Origin: Octopus bimaculoides
Lineage: Eukaryota
Assembly (NCBI RefSeq): GCF_001194135.2
Contig: NC_068989.1
Span: 11,901,647 to 11,965,571 of the forward strand
DNA length: 63,925 nucleotides
Direction: 5' to 3'
The translations under genes and the position numbers were made by a program. Positions 12,839-26,467 of this stretch are shown here, piece after piece. Every line of letters begins with the position of its first letter. Position 1 is the stretch's first letter. The notes under the pieces are model-generated. The model worked only from the letters and a program-made list of their open reading frames with translations, made no database searches and had not been told where the DNA came from.

Positions 12839-14809
12839 NNNNNNNNNNNNNNNNNNNNNNNNNNNNNNNNNNNNNNNNNNNNNNNNNNNNNNNNNNNNNN
12901 NNNNNNNNNNNNNNNNNNNNNNNNNNNNNNNNNNNNNNNNNNNNNNNNNNNNNNNNNNNNNNNNNNNNNNNNNNNNNNNNNNNNNNNNNNNNNNNNNNNN
13001 NNNNNNNNNNNNNNNNNNNNNNNNNNNNNNNNNNNNNNNNNNNNNNNNNNNNNNNNNNNNNNNNNNNNNNNNNNNNNNNNNNNNNNNNNNNNNNNNNNNN
13101 NNNNNNNNNNNNNNNNNNNNNNNNNNNNNNNNNNNNNNNNNNNNNNNNNNNNNNNNNNNNNNNNNNNNNNNNNNNNNNNNNNNNNNNNNNNNNNNNNNNN
13201 NNNNNNNNNNNNNNNNNNNNNNNNNNNNNNNNNNNNNNNNNNNNNNNNNNNNNNNNNNNNNNNNNNNNNNNNNNNNNNNNNNNNNNNNNNNNNNNNNNNN
13301 NNNNNNNNNNNNNNNNNNNNNNNNNNNNNNNNNNNNNNNNNNNNNNNNNNNNNNNNNNNNNNNNNNNNNNNNNNNNNNNNNNNNNNNNNNNNNNNNNNNN
13401 NNNNNNNNNNNNNNNNNNNNNNNNNNNNNNNNNNNNNNNNNNNNNNNNNNNNNNNNNNNNNNNNNNNNNNNNNNNNNNNNNNNNNNNNNNNNNNNNNNNN
13501 NNNNNNNNNNNNNNNNNNNNNATATATATGTATATATATATAGGTAAAGTAAATGTTAGAGGCAATACTTGACAATTGTAAGCACCTGTGTATGCCAGAT
13601 CATGGTTGAGGTGAAAGAATGAAACACGTGTACCGCAGAATCCTTTGTGTTTTTGTTTTTATTTTTTGTATATATATATATATAAAGATATATATATATA
13701 AAGATAACGAACTAGATAATTGTGCTCTTGTATATTATCTTATATTTGTGAAATCATACGGTGTAAATACTTCAGTGACAAGATTGTAGATGATAGGAAT
13801 TCTTGGGAAACTGTATAGTTCCACGAAATTTCACAAACTATGATGCTATATGAGACTGATATATATGTGTCATAACGCAGAATTATTCCCAGCTTCAACT
13901 ATGAAGAGTTAGAGGTTAGACAACCTTCTAAGGGATAACAAATATCCAATATACTACTGGATGTATACCCGTTTATATCGAAATACTTACTGTTGTAAGG
14001 CAATAGTGCAATTGAATAATAGGTATCTGTGGAGGTAAACAAAAGTTTAACGAAAATTTATAAAGCAAGGAAGAAAATGGAGAAGATAATTAATTGACAA
14101 ACATCAGCTAGATCTATTTATTAATTGCAATCATATGAATAAATAAATAAATAAAAATAAATGAGTGAATATAACTCTACTGTTACAGCTGTTCCTACGA
14201 TGGAGTTCCAGCATGCCAAAGTTGAAATATACAAAGATGATGCAAAAATTGTACAAAAATTGGACGAATATTGATCCCCAAATCTTCATCAGAGAGTCCA
14301 TAATGGTAAGAATTAAACAAAAAGTAAAATAAAGTAAAATAAAGTAATAAAAAATAGTAAAAAGTAAATTCCAAAGTAATGTCCAGAAGTAGTGGGATCA
14401 CATCTTATTTCAATCTAACGGGGGGAGATAGTACAGATAAAACGTTATAGGGTGGGGTTAATGGAATGATCCATATCACAGGGGTCATTAGTTAGAAACT
14501 AAAAGCTATGCAATAGAATAGCAATAGAATTTAGTTAATGGTTGGGGAAATCATTTCGTAATTATATCAATGAAGAAATAATTCGGGTATAAATTAAGTG
14601 TGACTATTTATTAATAAAGATTGTCATCATAATACTTCTATGACACCTACAATAAGGCTAATGTCAATCCTACAACTTAATTGGTCAGCTAATATTTAAA
14701 AACAATTAGCTGTGTTGGGGTCCGTTAAAGCTATCAACGAAATAGAAAACAAATTTAAGAAAGTATTCAAGGAAGAAATTGTGTAAGGGGGTCTTAAATA
14801 CTAAAGGGG

Positions 14810-14990
14810 ATGACAACCGATGTTGGTGTGTTTACGTCCCCGTAACTTAGCGGTTCGGCAAAAGGAGCCGATAGAATAAGTACTAGGCTTACAAAGAAAA
14901 AGTCCTGGGGTCGGTTTGTTCGGCTAAAGGTGGTGCTCCGCATGCCCACAGTCAAATAATCGAAACAAATAAAAGAATAAATAGATAAAC
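14810..14990 (+). mobile_element. SINE family B, 3' half
   Basis: gacaaccgatgttggtgtgtttacgtccccgtaacttagcggttcggcaaaag...gaaacaaataaaagaata; same sequence at 19860, 22950 and 49950. Confidence 0.9.
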
Positions 14991-15930
14991 GAAAAAAAAA
15001 AAAAAGTCGTATCACTCAGAAAGTGAAAATAGCACCGAAAGTGAAAGTAGCTCTGAAAGTGAAAATAGCTCCCGATTGCTCACTAGGAAAGCTAATTCTA
15101 TGTGATAAGTAGACACCCGTGAACCTTATAAGTGCAAATTTATTCGTCTAACCGAAGCCTTTATTCATGGAAAATGCTTTATAACTAATTAGAAATTAGT
15201 TTTTACTATGGCCAATCTATGTATGCGTGTGAGATAGAGAAGAAGAAGAAGAAGAGAGAGAGAGAGCAAGAGACAGAGAAAGCAAGAGACAGAGAGAGCA
15301 AGTGAGCTAAATGCGGATATGTGAGAGCTTGTCTATATTTATGTAGGTATGCACTGCGTATATAAATTACGATTCGATGGATGAGTGAATTCTTGCAGCA
15401 ATACATACTCTAACATTGATATACATTCGTCTGTGTATTCATAGGTTTACGGGCGAATAGTGTCCTTAACCATAAATGTGCATTCCAGCAGCGAAAGATC
15501 TAATACCGAACAAGCTAGGATTCTCGTTTCACACCCCGTTAAAGTTATTATCGTCAGCAAGAGCACCGCCGTCGTAAAAGAATGACACTGCATAAAGCAA
15601 CATCAGCTACAACAGTACCAGTGTATGGAGGTTCTTCAATCCCGATCAGTAATTACGTTTAATCCTAGATTTGCCACAGGCGTATGTAGATAGAAATAGG
15701 AATGGAAATGGTGATGGTGGTGGGAGGGGGGGTTCGAGGGGAGCTTAGAGGGGAACAGGCAGGGAGAGCGGCAGATAAAAATATATAGATAAAAAGACAG
15801 GAAGAACGAGAGACGAAAGACGGAATGAGGCAGAGTGAAAGAGAAATAAGGAAGGAGGGATAAAATATTTATTGAAGAAAAAGTGACAACAGAAAACATA
15901 CCATAAAAATTAAACTGGGGAGAGAAAGAG

Positions 15931-15985
<55 letters not shown>

Positions 15986-16299
15986 AGAGAGATAGAGAGG
16001 GAGAGAGAGAGAGAGGGAGAGAAAGAGAGAGGGAGAGAGAGAGAGAAGATGTGGAGGATGAGAAAAAATGAGAGAGGGGTGTATGAGAATATGTAGAAGA
16101 GGAAAATAAGAAAAGGAGACAAGAACCCCTATCAGTGGGGAAAGCGAATGACTAAATTAAGGCACAAAGGCCAAATTCGCCAAGCATAAAATTACAGGAC
16201 ATAAAAATAAACGAGGACAAATATAAACACTCTCTATCTGCAGTAATCCTTACAAACGCCATCATGGATTCCCCAGTATGTGTGTATACGCGTGTCAAT

Positions 16300-16361
16300 A
16301 TGGCGGCGGTGGCAGCCACCAAGGGCGGTGGTGGTGATGGTGGTGGGGATGGTTATATGAG
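16300..16361 (+). CDS. Candidate first coding exon (MAAVAATKGGGGDGGGDGYM), unverified
   Basis: aatATGGCGGCG start context and AG|GTAAGG donor; the sequence is (GGT)-rich and could be cryptic simple repeat. Confidence 0.2.
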
Positions 16362-16881
16362 GTAAGGTATGGAGTATGATCACGTATTCGCATTTCCATG
16401 CATATCATTCGAACCGTGTTATAAGAAGAGAAATATAAAATTGGAAACAAGACAGACAAAAAAAAAAAAAAAAAAAANNNNNNNNNNNNNNNNNNNNNNN
16501 NNNNNNNNNNNNNNNNNNNNNNNNNNNNNNNNNNNNNNNNNNNNNNNNNNNNNNNNNNNNNNNNNNNNNNNNNNNNNNNNNNNNNNNNNNNNNNNNNNNN
16601 NNNNNNNNNNNNNNNNNNNNNNNNNNNNNNNNNNNNNNNNNNNNNNNNNNNNNNNNNNNNNNNNNNNNNNNNNNNNNNNNNNNNNNNNNNNNNNNNNNNN
16701 NNNNNNNNNNNNNNNNNNNNNNNNNNNNNNNNNNNNNNNNNNNNNNNNNNNNNNNNNNNNNNNNNNNNNNNNNNNNNNNNNNNNNNNNNNNNNNNNNNNN
16801 NNNNNNNNNNNNNNNNNNNNNNNNNNNNNNNNNNNNNNNNNNNNNNNNNNNNNNNNNNNNNNNNNNNNNNNNNNNNNNNNN

Positions 16882-16918
<37 letters not shown>

Positions 16919-17065
16919 TATGCATATATATGTGTATTCATTTGTATGTGCTTATATATATATGCATATATATATGTATATGTATGTATGCATACATATA
17001 TTACTATGTTAACCATTATATACTCTGCTAAAAAGTAGTGAATATTTCTTCAGTCTCATGTTATA

Positions 17066-17220
17066 CAAACGCAGGCCTGACCGTGCGGTAAGAAGCTTGC
17101 TACCCAGCCACATACTGCTGGGTTCAGTTCCACTGCGTGGCAGCGTAGGCAAGTGCCTTCTACTATAGCCCCGAGTCGACCAACGCTTTGTGAATGGATT
17201 TGATTGACGGAAAGTGAAAG

Positions 17221-17222
<2 letters not shown>
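17066..17222 (+). mobile_element. SINE family B, tRNA-derived 5' half
   Basis: gcaggc..gtgcggtaagaagcttgct...gggttcagttccactgcgtggc...ctactatagcc...gacggaaagtgaaagaa, then (TA)n. Confidence 0.85.
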
Positions 17223-17254
<32 letters not shown>

Positions 17255-18921
17255 AATATAGAGATCCAATCACTGTAACACTGAGAGAGTGTGGACCGCA
17301 AGGGGGACTATATTAAAAAAATAAACCATATTTGGTCATATTCCAGGAAGTATCTTAATCAGCCGATGTACCACTCAACCGACCCCTCGTAACACGGATG
17401 TGAAGGGACTAAAGAAAGACACGAGAAGTAAATGAGTCCACTGTAAGATCACTTTTAGAGTGATGGGTTTCTAGCATTTATCTAAGACAATGATTGACTG
17501 TTGGAAAACACAAGATCTGTTCAGTTTTTAGTCTTTCCAACGAACGTGGATCCATCGGTGTGTTACATACACTTTCAAGAGACACGGTGATCAGAGCCAC
17601 ATCTATATTAATTATAACAGCTTTCATGGATATCGAAGCATTCTAAATATTTTTGCATCACTCACTCATCATTCGTCACTCTCGATATCAAGAACATGAA
17701 CATATCCTACAGCGATCAGATACAGATTCAATAAAACCAAAGTTGTCATTAAGAACAGCGTTTTCACTACCAGCACGACCTACCACCACCACCACCACCA
17801 CCACCACCACCACGACCNNNNNNNNNNNNNNNNNNNNNNNNNNNNNNNNNNNNNNNNNNNNNNNNNNNNNNNNNNNNNNNNNNNNNNNNNNNNNNNNNNN
17901 NNNNNNNNNNNNNNNNNNNNNNNNNNNNNNNNNNNNNNNNNNNNNNNNNNNNNNNNNNNNNNNNNNNNNNNNNNNNNNNNNNNNNNNNNNNNNNNNNNNN
18001 NNNNNNNNNNNNNNNNNNNNNNNNNNNNNNNNNNNNNNNNNNNNNNNNNNNNNNNNNNNNNNNNNNNNNNNNNNNNNNNNNNNNNNNNNNNNNNNNNNNN
18101 NNNNNNNNNNNNNNNNNNNNNNNNNNNNNNNNNNNNNNNNNNNNNNNNNNNNNNNNNNNNNNNNNNNNNNNNNNNNNNNNNNNNNNNNNNNNNNNNNNNN
18201 NNNNNNNNNNNNNNNNNNNNNNNNNNNNNNNNNNNNNNNNNNNNNNNNNNNNNNNNNNNNNNNNNNNNNNNNNNNNNNNNNNNNNNNNNNNNNNNNNNNN
18301 NNNNNNNNNNNNNNNNNNNNNNNNNNNNNNNNNNNNNNNNNNNNNNNNNNNNNNNNNNNNNNNNNNNNNNNNNNNNNNNNNNNNNNNNNNNNNNNNNNNN
18401 NNNNNNNNNNNNNNNNNNNNNNNNNNNNNNNNNNNNNNNNNNNNNNNNNNNNNNNNNNNNNNNNNNNNNNNNNNNNNNNNNNNNNNNNNNNNNNNNNNNN
18501 NNNNNNNNNNNNNNNNNNNNNNNNNNAAATGCCTTTCTCTTCCAAACCGCGAATAACCTTCAGCTTGTTGCATACCCGTGACTCTAATTGAAAGACCTGC
18601 GCAGTTTTGTGTCTGTTTTATTCACTAAAATCAATTTCTCGCATCGTGACGCTTGCGAAACGAAGCAAGCAGCACAGCTCAGGAAAAATGATCGTTTTTG
18701 TTCCAGCATTCGACATGTAATGTGCGTCGTCAGCGTTGAAGTGCCACCACTTTCGGTTCCATCGCTCGTGAGGACACACGACAGGCGAAGTAGAAGTAGT
18801 AACATTTGTGATTCCTGGGGATACCATCGCGATGGCTGCAAACTCCGTTCATGCTAATCTCTAAGAAGCACCATGGGCATCTTAGGAGTGATCGTTTTTA
18901 GATACAAAGTGACGTCCATCG

Positions 18922-19605
18922 TGTATGTATGTATGTATGCATGCATGTATGCATGTATGTGTGTATGCATGTATGTATGTATGTATCTATGCATGTACGT
19001 ATGTATATATGCATGTATGTATGTATGCATGCATGTACAAATGCATATATGCATGTATAAATGCATATATCCATGTATGCATGCATGCATACATGGATAC
19101 ATACATACATACATATAAACATACGTACATGCACGGATACATACATACATACATGCATACACACATACATGTGTGTCCATGTATGTATGTGAATCCATGT
19201 ATCCATGTATGTATATCCATGTATGTATATATGTATGTATGCATGTATGTATGCATACATATATCCATGCATGTATATATGTATGTATGCATGTATGAGT
19301 GTATGTATGTATGTATGTATACATGTATGTATGCATATATGAATGTATGTATGCATTTATGTATGTATGTATGTATGTATGTACGTATGTATGTATGTAT
19401 GCATGTATGCATGTATGTATGTATGCATGTATATATCCTTGTATGTATATATGTATGTATGCATGTATGTATGCATGTATGCATGCATGTATGTGTGTAT
19501 GAATGTATGCATGCATGTATGTATGTATGCATGCATGTATGTATGTATGTATGTATGCATGTATGCATGTATGTATGTGTGTATGTATGTATGTATGTAT
19601 GTATG
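18922..19605. repeat. Degenerate (TATG)n/(CATG)n tetranucleotide satellite
   Basis: Read directly; explains the many MYVC/HTYI ORFs. Confidence 0.95.
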
Positions 19606-19856
19606 TACGAGGTGGTACCAAAAGTTTCCTCGACTAGTTATGTTTAATAAAATGTAACTTATTTACCTAAATTTGAACACCATTTCCTTCGAACTAGTTA
19701 CCTTGCGCAGCAATACACCGTTCCCAGCGTCCCTACCAGTTTTGGAATCTGGCCTGGAAGTTGTTTCCCGTAAGGGAGTCGATGACTTTCTACGACTGAC
19801 TCGGGATCTCGACGACGGTGTTAAAACGGCGACCCTTGAGCTGTATCTTCACCTTG
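19606..19856 (-). pseudogene. Mariner transposon 3' end (TIR plus transposase C-terminus with stops)
   Basis: TA|cgaggtggtaccaaaagtttcc terminus; minus strand reads KVKIQLKGRRFNTVVEIPSQS*KVIDSLTGNNFQARFQNW*GRWERCIAAQGN*FEGN, the mariner LKG.RF...RWE.CI...G.YFE pattern. Confidence 0.85.
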
Positions 19857-20046
19857 TCCCCCAACATCGCCTGACAACCGATGCTGGTGTGTTTACGTCC
19901 CTGTAACTTAGCGGTTCGGCAAAAGGAAACCGATAGAATAAGTACTAGGCTTACAAAGAATAAGTCCTGGGGTCGGTTTGTTCGACTAAAGGTGGTGCTC
20001 CAGCATGGCCGCGGTCAAATTACTGAAACAAGTAAAAGAGTAAAAG
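19854..20046 (+). mobile_element. SINE family B, 3' half, truncating the mariner
   Basis: Matches the 14810 and 22950 copies; ends in the gtaaaagagtaaaagag tail. Confidence 0.9.
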
Positions 20047-21244
20047 AGGAAGAAAGGTTACCTAAACTACCGCATCAGCGGAGGGTACTATGGCTATCTT
20101 TGTTTTAGTATTTGATCTATTTTCACATCATTGACAAAAGCAGCAGATTTGTTTCTTTACAATATTTTGAGCATTAAGTACCGCTTCTGTAAATTTAAAG
20201 ATGCTGGTTAGGTAAAAATATTTACAAACAATAATCTTAGGTCGAGCAACGAAATAAAATAAATGATTTTGTTTATCATGCTTCGTGATTAGTTTTATAA
20301 GCCTGTACCTTCGATTGATGACGGTGTAGCAACTAATTTGCCTTATAAACTGGTCGTAAAAAACATCGACTGGAACCGGGGAACGATAACGGGAGATCAT
20401 TTTAAACTTAATGATGTTTTCAGATTCCAAAAACACAAAATTTGAAAATCGTAACATGATGGCGGCGAAATGAATTTTTGTATCACCTGCATGGTTATCC
20501 TCAACCTAGTTTTCAATATAGATACCGCAATGAAGAACATAATGACGACAAAGTGAATATTTATATGAATTGTATGATTCGCTGCCATCACATTTTCCAG
20601 GCACACACCGATCAGAGCCACAACTATTTTAATCCTAACACTCTTGTTAATAAGCATCATAGGTAATACAAACACTGTCCTACCAAACAATATCTTACCA
20701 CCACTCGCTGCTATTTTCCCTAACAACAACAACAATAACAACAACAACAAAAAACAAATACGGGAGCAAAAGCGACAGCAATACCACCACCACCACCACC
20801 ACCACCATCAACAACAATAACAATAACAAAACCAACAACGGCAATATCAACAACAACTGCATCAGAAAACGGTAACAACTCCGATATAACGATCACCAAC
20901 CAAACTCACGACATACAGAGCTAACGACAGTAGTAGCAAAAGTAGTAGAAGTAGCAGCGCCATGACCATCTTCCTTCCCAACCCTGTTACCAACACCAGC
21001 ACCATCAAAACTATCTCTGCTTCTCTAACCCTAATTGTCTCTGTAATCATAGGTTTCAGGCATAGCTAGAAACTGTCCTTCCTAAATTTGCAGATCAATA
21101 TCTACAAAAATAAACCCTCAACAACAACGTTATCATTATCAACAACAAAAACAAATAGCAACGTTAACTACGGTAACACAGGAACAACAGATACAACGAG
21201 GAAAAATCGTTGAAAACACCATCCCCTTCCAACCACTAATAAAC

Positions 21245-21293
21245 CTTCAGCTTGTTGCACACGCGGGGTCTAACTTTCCATATGTTATTCCAC
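21245..21293 (-). CDS. Candidate 49-nt exon ((R)WNNIWKVRPRVCNKLK), unverified
   Basis: Long poly-T acceptor (ttttttttttttag|), weak donor AAG|GTTTAT; RVCNKLK is shared with the paralogous block at 18558-18578. Confidence 0.2.
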
Positions 21294-22039
21294 CTAAAAA
21301 AAAAAAAATAAACGAATACAGAATGAAAATGGAAGGGAGTGCGAGAGGTAATACATGCATAGGTGTGCGTTTTGTGTGTGAATGTGTGTATGTAAAGAAG
21401 GTTATAAAAAAGAGAAAGTGTGATAGAAAGTGAGACAGAGAAGAACATGAAATAAATAAAAGACGAAAAATACCTAACAAAAATAAAAGCGAGAAAATGT
21501 TCAATTTATTAATAAGGAAAAGAAAAAAAAATACATTGAGGTAGCAAAGCAAATAAATAGGAGCATAAATCACATCGGAAAACAATCGCGTTTGCTTTAC
21601 TACAATTTACCAACATCGTTAGTCAACCTCAATTTCGCAAGGCGTTAACTACTTCCGCTACAGTAGACGGCCTGGCAGCCATCTTGTTTTATTCTCCATT
21701 ACTTTCACCTCATGGTGAACCCCATTAAGGTCTCTCTTACCTTCACTTTGTCTCTTTCCTTCTTTCTCTCTTTCTCTCTAATTCCCCCTCTCTCAATTCC
21801 TTGTCTTTTATCAATCAGCTATGGGGCAAAATCCGACAGGTTACTGTCTCTCACCCATTCGCTGTCGTCGTCGCCCACGTCCATCTTGTTGATGCGATTT
21901 TTCTTCTTGCACCTCCTCCGTTATTCTCATCATTATTGCCTGGGATTATAAACGATATGACGACGATGAAGTATATAGTGATTACCATCTTCATCATTAA
22001 CATGACGCAGTGTCACATTCGCGGAAGCAACTTCATTAT

Positions 22040-22930
<891 letters not shown>

Positions 22931-22932
22931 CC

Positions 22933-23140
22933 TGTGTTTGTGTTTGTCCCCCTAGCATTGCTTGATAACCGATGCTGGTGTGTTTATGTCCTCGTCACTT
23001 AGCGGTTCGGCAAAAGAGACCGATAGAATAAGTACTAGGCTTACAGAGAATAAGTCCCAGGGTCGATTTGCTAGACTAAAGGTGGTGCTCCAGCATGGCC
23101 GCATTCAAATGACTGAAACAAGTAAAAGAATAAAAGAGTA
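22933..23140 (+). mobile_element. SINE family B, 3' half
   Basis: gtgtttgtccccctagcattgcttgataaccgatgctgg...gaaacaagtaaaagaataaaagagta. Confidence 0.9.
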
Positions 23141-23147
23141 TATGTAC

Positions 23148-23185
<38 letters not shown>

Positions 23186-24383
23186 GCATATGTGTGTGTA
23201 GAGGCATGTGTGGGCTTGTATTGTTTTGTATCCTCCCACCGCCTGACAACCAGTGTCGGTTTGTTTATGTTCTGTAACTCAGTGGTTCTGCGAAAAAGAA
23301 CGCCCAAACTTTAACCGAATGAGTAGTGTGGTCCATGTCTTCGACTAGACTCTGCATAGTCGCTACTCAATGACCGGAACAAATAACAGAATCAAAGGCT
23401 GAAAGTATGCAAACATTTGGTTGTTTCCGATTCTCAGTTCATATAATAATAACTTCGTGTCGTCGCAGTTTTATAAAATGCAGAGAAATCTGTCAGGTTA
23501 TATAGTCAAGTGAGAAATAGAAAGATACAGTTTTCTTACAGTTCTGAAGTAATTAGGGATATAAATCGCGTTACTTCGAGCCAATGTTTTACCAAAAACC
23601 CATCGTTTCCCTTTCTGCAGGGAGGGAGCGCGATAGAGAGAGAAGGGGACATTTCACAGTGCTAGTGAGTGTTATGTTAGAATAAATAATGTGAGATCAT
23701 CGAGTTTCATCTTAATGTTCAAAGGTGTGAATCGACCGGAATATTTTCGGCGATCAAACAGAGCCGAAGTAACATGATATTAATATTTGTTCCTGCAATA
23801 TATTATATCAAAGAAATACATTTCTTAATATGTACATAAAATGGACGATACGTACATACATGAATAAAGTAGTAAATAATCAGAATTTCTTAGATGCCAA
23901 ACAATAATAATAACAATAATAATAATAATAATAGTAATATTGATAATAATAATGATGATAATAATGTTGATGATGATAATAATAATAACAACAACAAAAT
24001 ACAAAAGAAAATAATACACATACTTGTATGCCCCCCCCACGCAAACACATACACAGACGCGCATATANNNNNNNNNNNNNNNNNNNNNNNNNNNNNNNNN
24101 NNNNNNNNNNNNNNNNNNNNNNNNNNNNNNNNNNNNNNNNNNNNNNNNNNNNNNNNNNNNNNNNNNNNNNNNNNNNNNNNNNNNNNNNNNNNNNNNNNNN
24201 NNNNNNNNNNNNNNNNNNNNNNNNNNNNNNNNNNNNNNNNNNNNNNNNNNNNNNNNNNNNNNNNNNNNNNNNNNNNNNNNNNNNNNNNNNNNNNNNNNNN
24301 NNNNNNNNNNNNNNNNNNNNNNNNNNNNNNNNNNNNNNNNNNNNNNNNNNNNNNNNNNNNNNNNNNNNNNNNNNNNNNNNNNN

Positions 24384-24416
<33 letters not shown>

Positions 24417-24485
24417 GTATATATATGTATATATATACATATATGAGTGTGTGTGGGTACACACACACATACATATATACATATA

Positions 24486-24530
<45 letters not shown>

Positions 24531-24792
24531 ATATTGAGCAGATTGACCGGAATCTTTAACAAATGCTGTGGACCGTCTACAGCTTAATCGGACGGGCCAT
24601 GTCGCACATAATAAGTACAACAAGAATCTGATTTGATATCCTAACATGATAAATGAGTGGACAAGGAGATTTACTGCAGTGCGATCATCCATGTAAGCGC
24701 TGAGTGCGCCATCTGGCCACTGTACAATTCACAATAAATCAATTGGATGGATCAAATGATGATTATGGTCTGGGAAAAAGACACTCACTCTC

Positions 24793-24841
<49 letters not shown>

Positions 24842-25154
24842 AACACACACACACACCACACACACACAGACGCACACATACACAAGTTCAAGTCGACTCA
24901 TGTATAAATATCTCTGTTTACCTGCACAATTGTTTACGTATATGCATGCAGATAATCTTAACGCTTATTCATAGATTCTTATAAAGATTGCTTGAAGCAC
25001 ACATGTATACGCATTCGCACCCAAAACATACTCACACTCACACAAAGGGAGATGCACATATATATAATTAAACACACACATCTTAGAACGACGCTCAGTT
25101 ACGTGGATAGGCATTCGAACGTCAATACCTGCCTATATGCTACCATGTATTTAC

Positions 25155-25196
<42 letters not shown>

Positions 25197-25658
25197 GTGT
25201 GTGTGTATATATATATATATATNNNNNNNNNNNNNNNNNNNNNNNNNNNNNNNNNNNNNNNNNNNNNNNNNNNNNNNNNNNNNNNNNNNNNNNNNNNNNN
25301 NNNNNNNNNNNNNNNNNNNNNNNNNNNNNNNNNNNNNNNNNNNNNNNNNNNNNNNNNNNNNNNNNNNNNNNNNNNNNNNNNNNNNNNNNNNNNNNNNNNN
25401 NNNNNNNNNNNNNNNNNNNNNNNNNNNNNNNNNNNNNNNNNNNNNNNNNNNNNNNNNNNNNNNNNNNNNNNNNNNNNNNNNNNNNNNNNNNNNNNNNNNN
25501 NNNNNNNNNNNNNNNNNNNNNNNNNNNNNNNNNNNNNNNNNNNNNNNNNNNNNNNNNNNNNNNNNNNNNNNNNNNNNNNNNNNNNNNNNNNNNNNNNNNN
25601 NNNNNNNNNNNNNNNNNNNNNNNNNNNNNNNNNNNNNNNNNNNNNNNNNNNNNNNNNN

Positions 25659-25697
<39 letters not shown>

Positions 25698-26428
25698 CAC
25701 ACACACATATATATAAATATATATTCATATAAATGTATATATATCTATATATCTATTTATTTATACATACATACTAAAACATACATACAAACACACAAAA
25801 ATCAACACGTTTGTCGATTATTACAGACCAATGTACTCCCATGCTATTACAAGCGTGAAACGATTTGAGATCTTTCTCCATGCAAGTGTGTGTTTTTACA
25901 AGAAAATTTCCAACACTAATTAAAACAACCAAAAGAATTAGGATGGTTAAAGAAACAGAAACTCGTCATTTGTCAAGTATATGACTAAGTGCGAACATAA
26001 AAGAAAAGGAAGCAAAAAGCAGAAGAGGTGATTATATCATTAGTTTCGTCACGTTTTAAAGATTGCGCCATTTCAAACCAACATGGCAATAGCCAGTATT
26101 AGACTGATAAATGGATTTATAGAAACTAAATTTTATCAATGATTCTGGGTCCTAAACAGATGTGTATGTGTTTAGTTCAGGACACATCAGTTTTAGCGGA
26201 CAGTAACATGCAATAAGGTGGTGAAGAAAATAAATGTGGAATGTAGGTTAATGGTTTACTCGTCGGAGATAATCATATTCACATTCCTTTGTTAATAAAC
26301 CAACACACATACACTCAAACATACATACAAGCGCACAAGTATTTAGACAACACATACACATAAATGTATTTACACAACCACACAAACTCACTCAGGTATG
26401 CATATACATACATATATGTATATATATG

Positions 26429-26467
<39 letters not shown>

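Larger units (their letters stand above)
17447..21285. repeat. Old diverged tandem duplication (~2.7-3.0 kb period)
   Basis: Collinear shared blocks: 17447-17519 with 20395-20444; gatcagagccaca at 17589 and 20610; (ACC)n tracts; aaccttcagcttgttgca at 18555 and 21242. Confidence 0.6.

Noticed and set aside
15505-15560. CUGACGA...GAAAC hammerhead on the minus strand
   Set aside because: No stem II or stem I pairing
18854-19657. Many 100-255 aa ORFs (MYVC/HTYI repeats)
   Set aside because: (TATG)n satellite contains no stop codons in most frames
23319-23372. Possible pre-miRNA hairpin (tgagtagtg...cgctactca)
   Set aside because: Only the outer 9 bp pair well, the inner stem is poor, and it matches no miRNA I recognise
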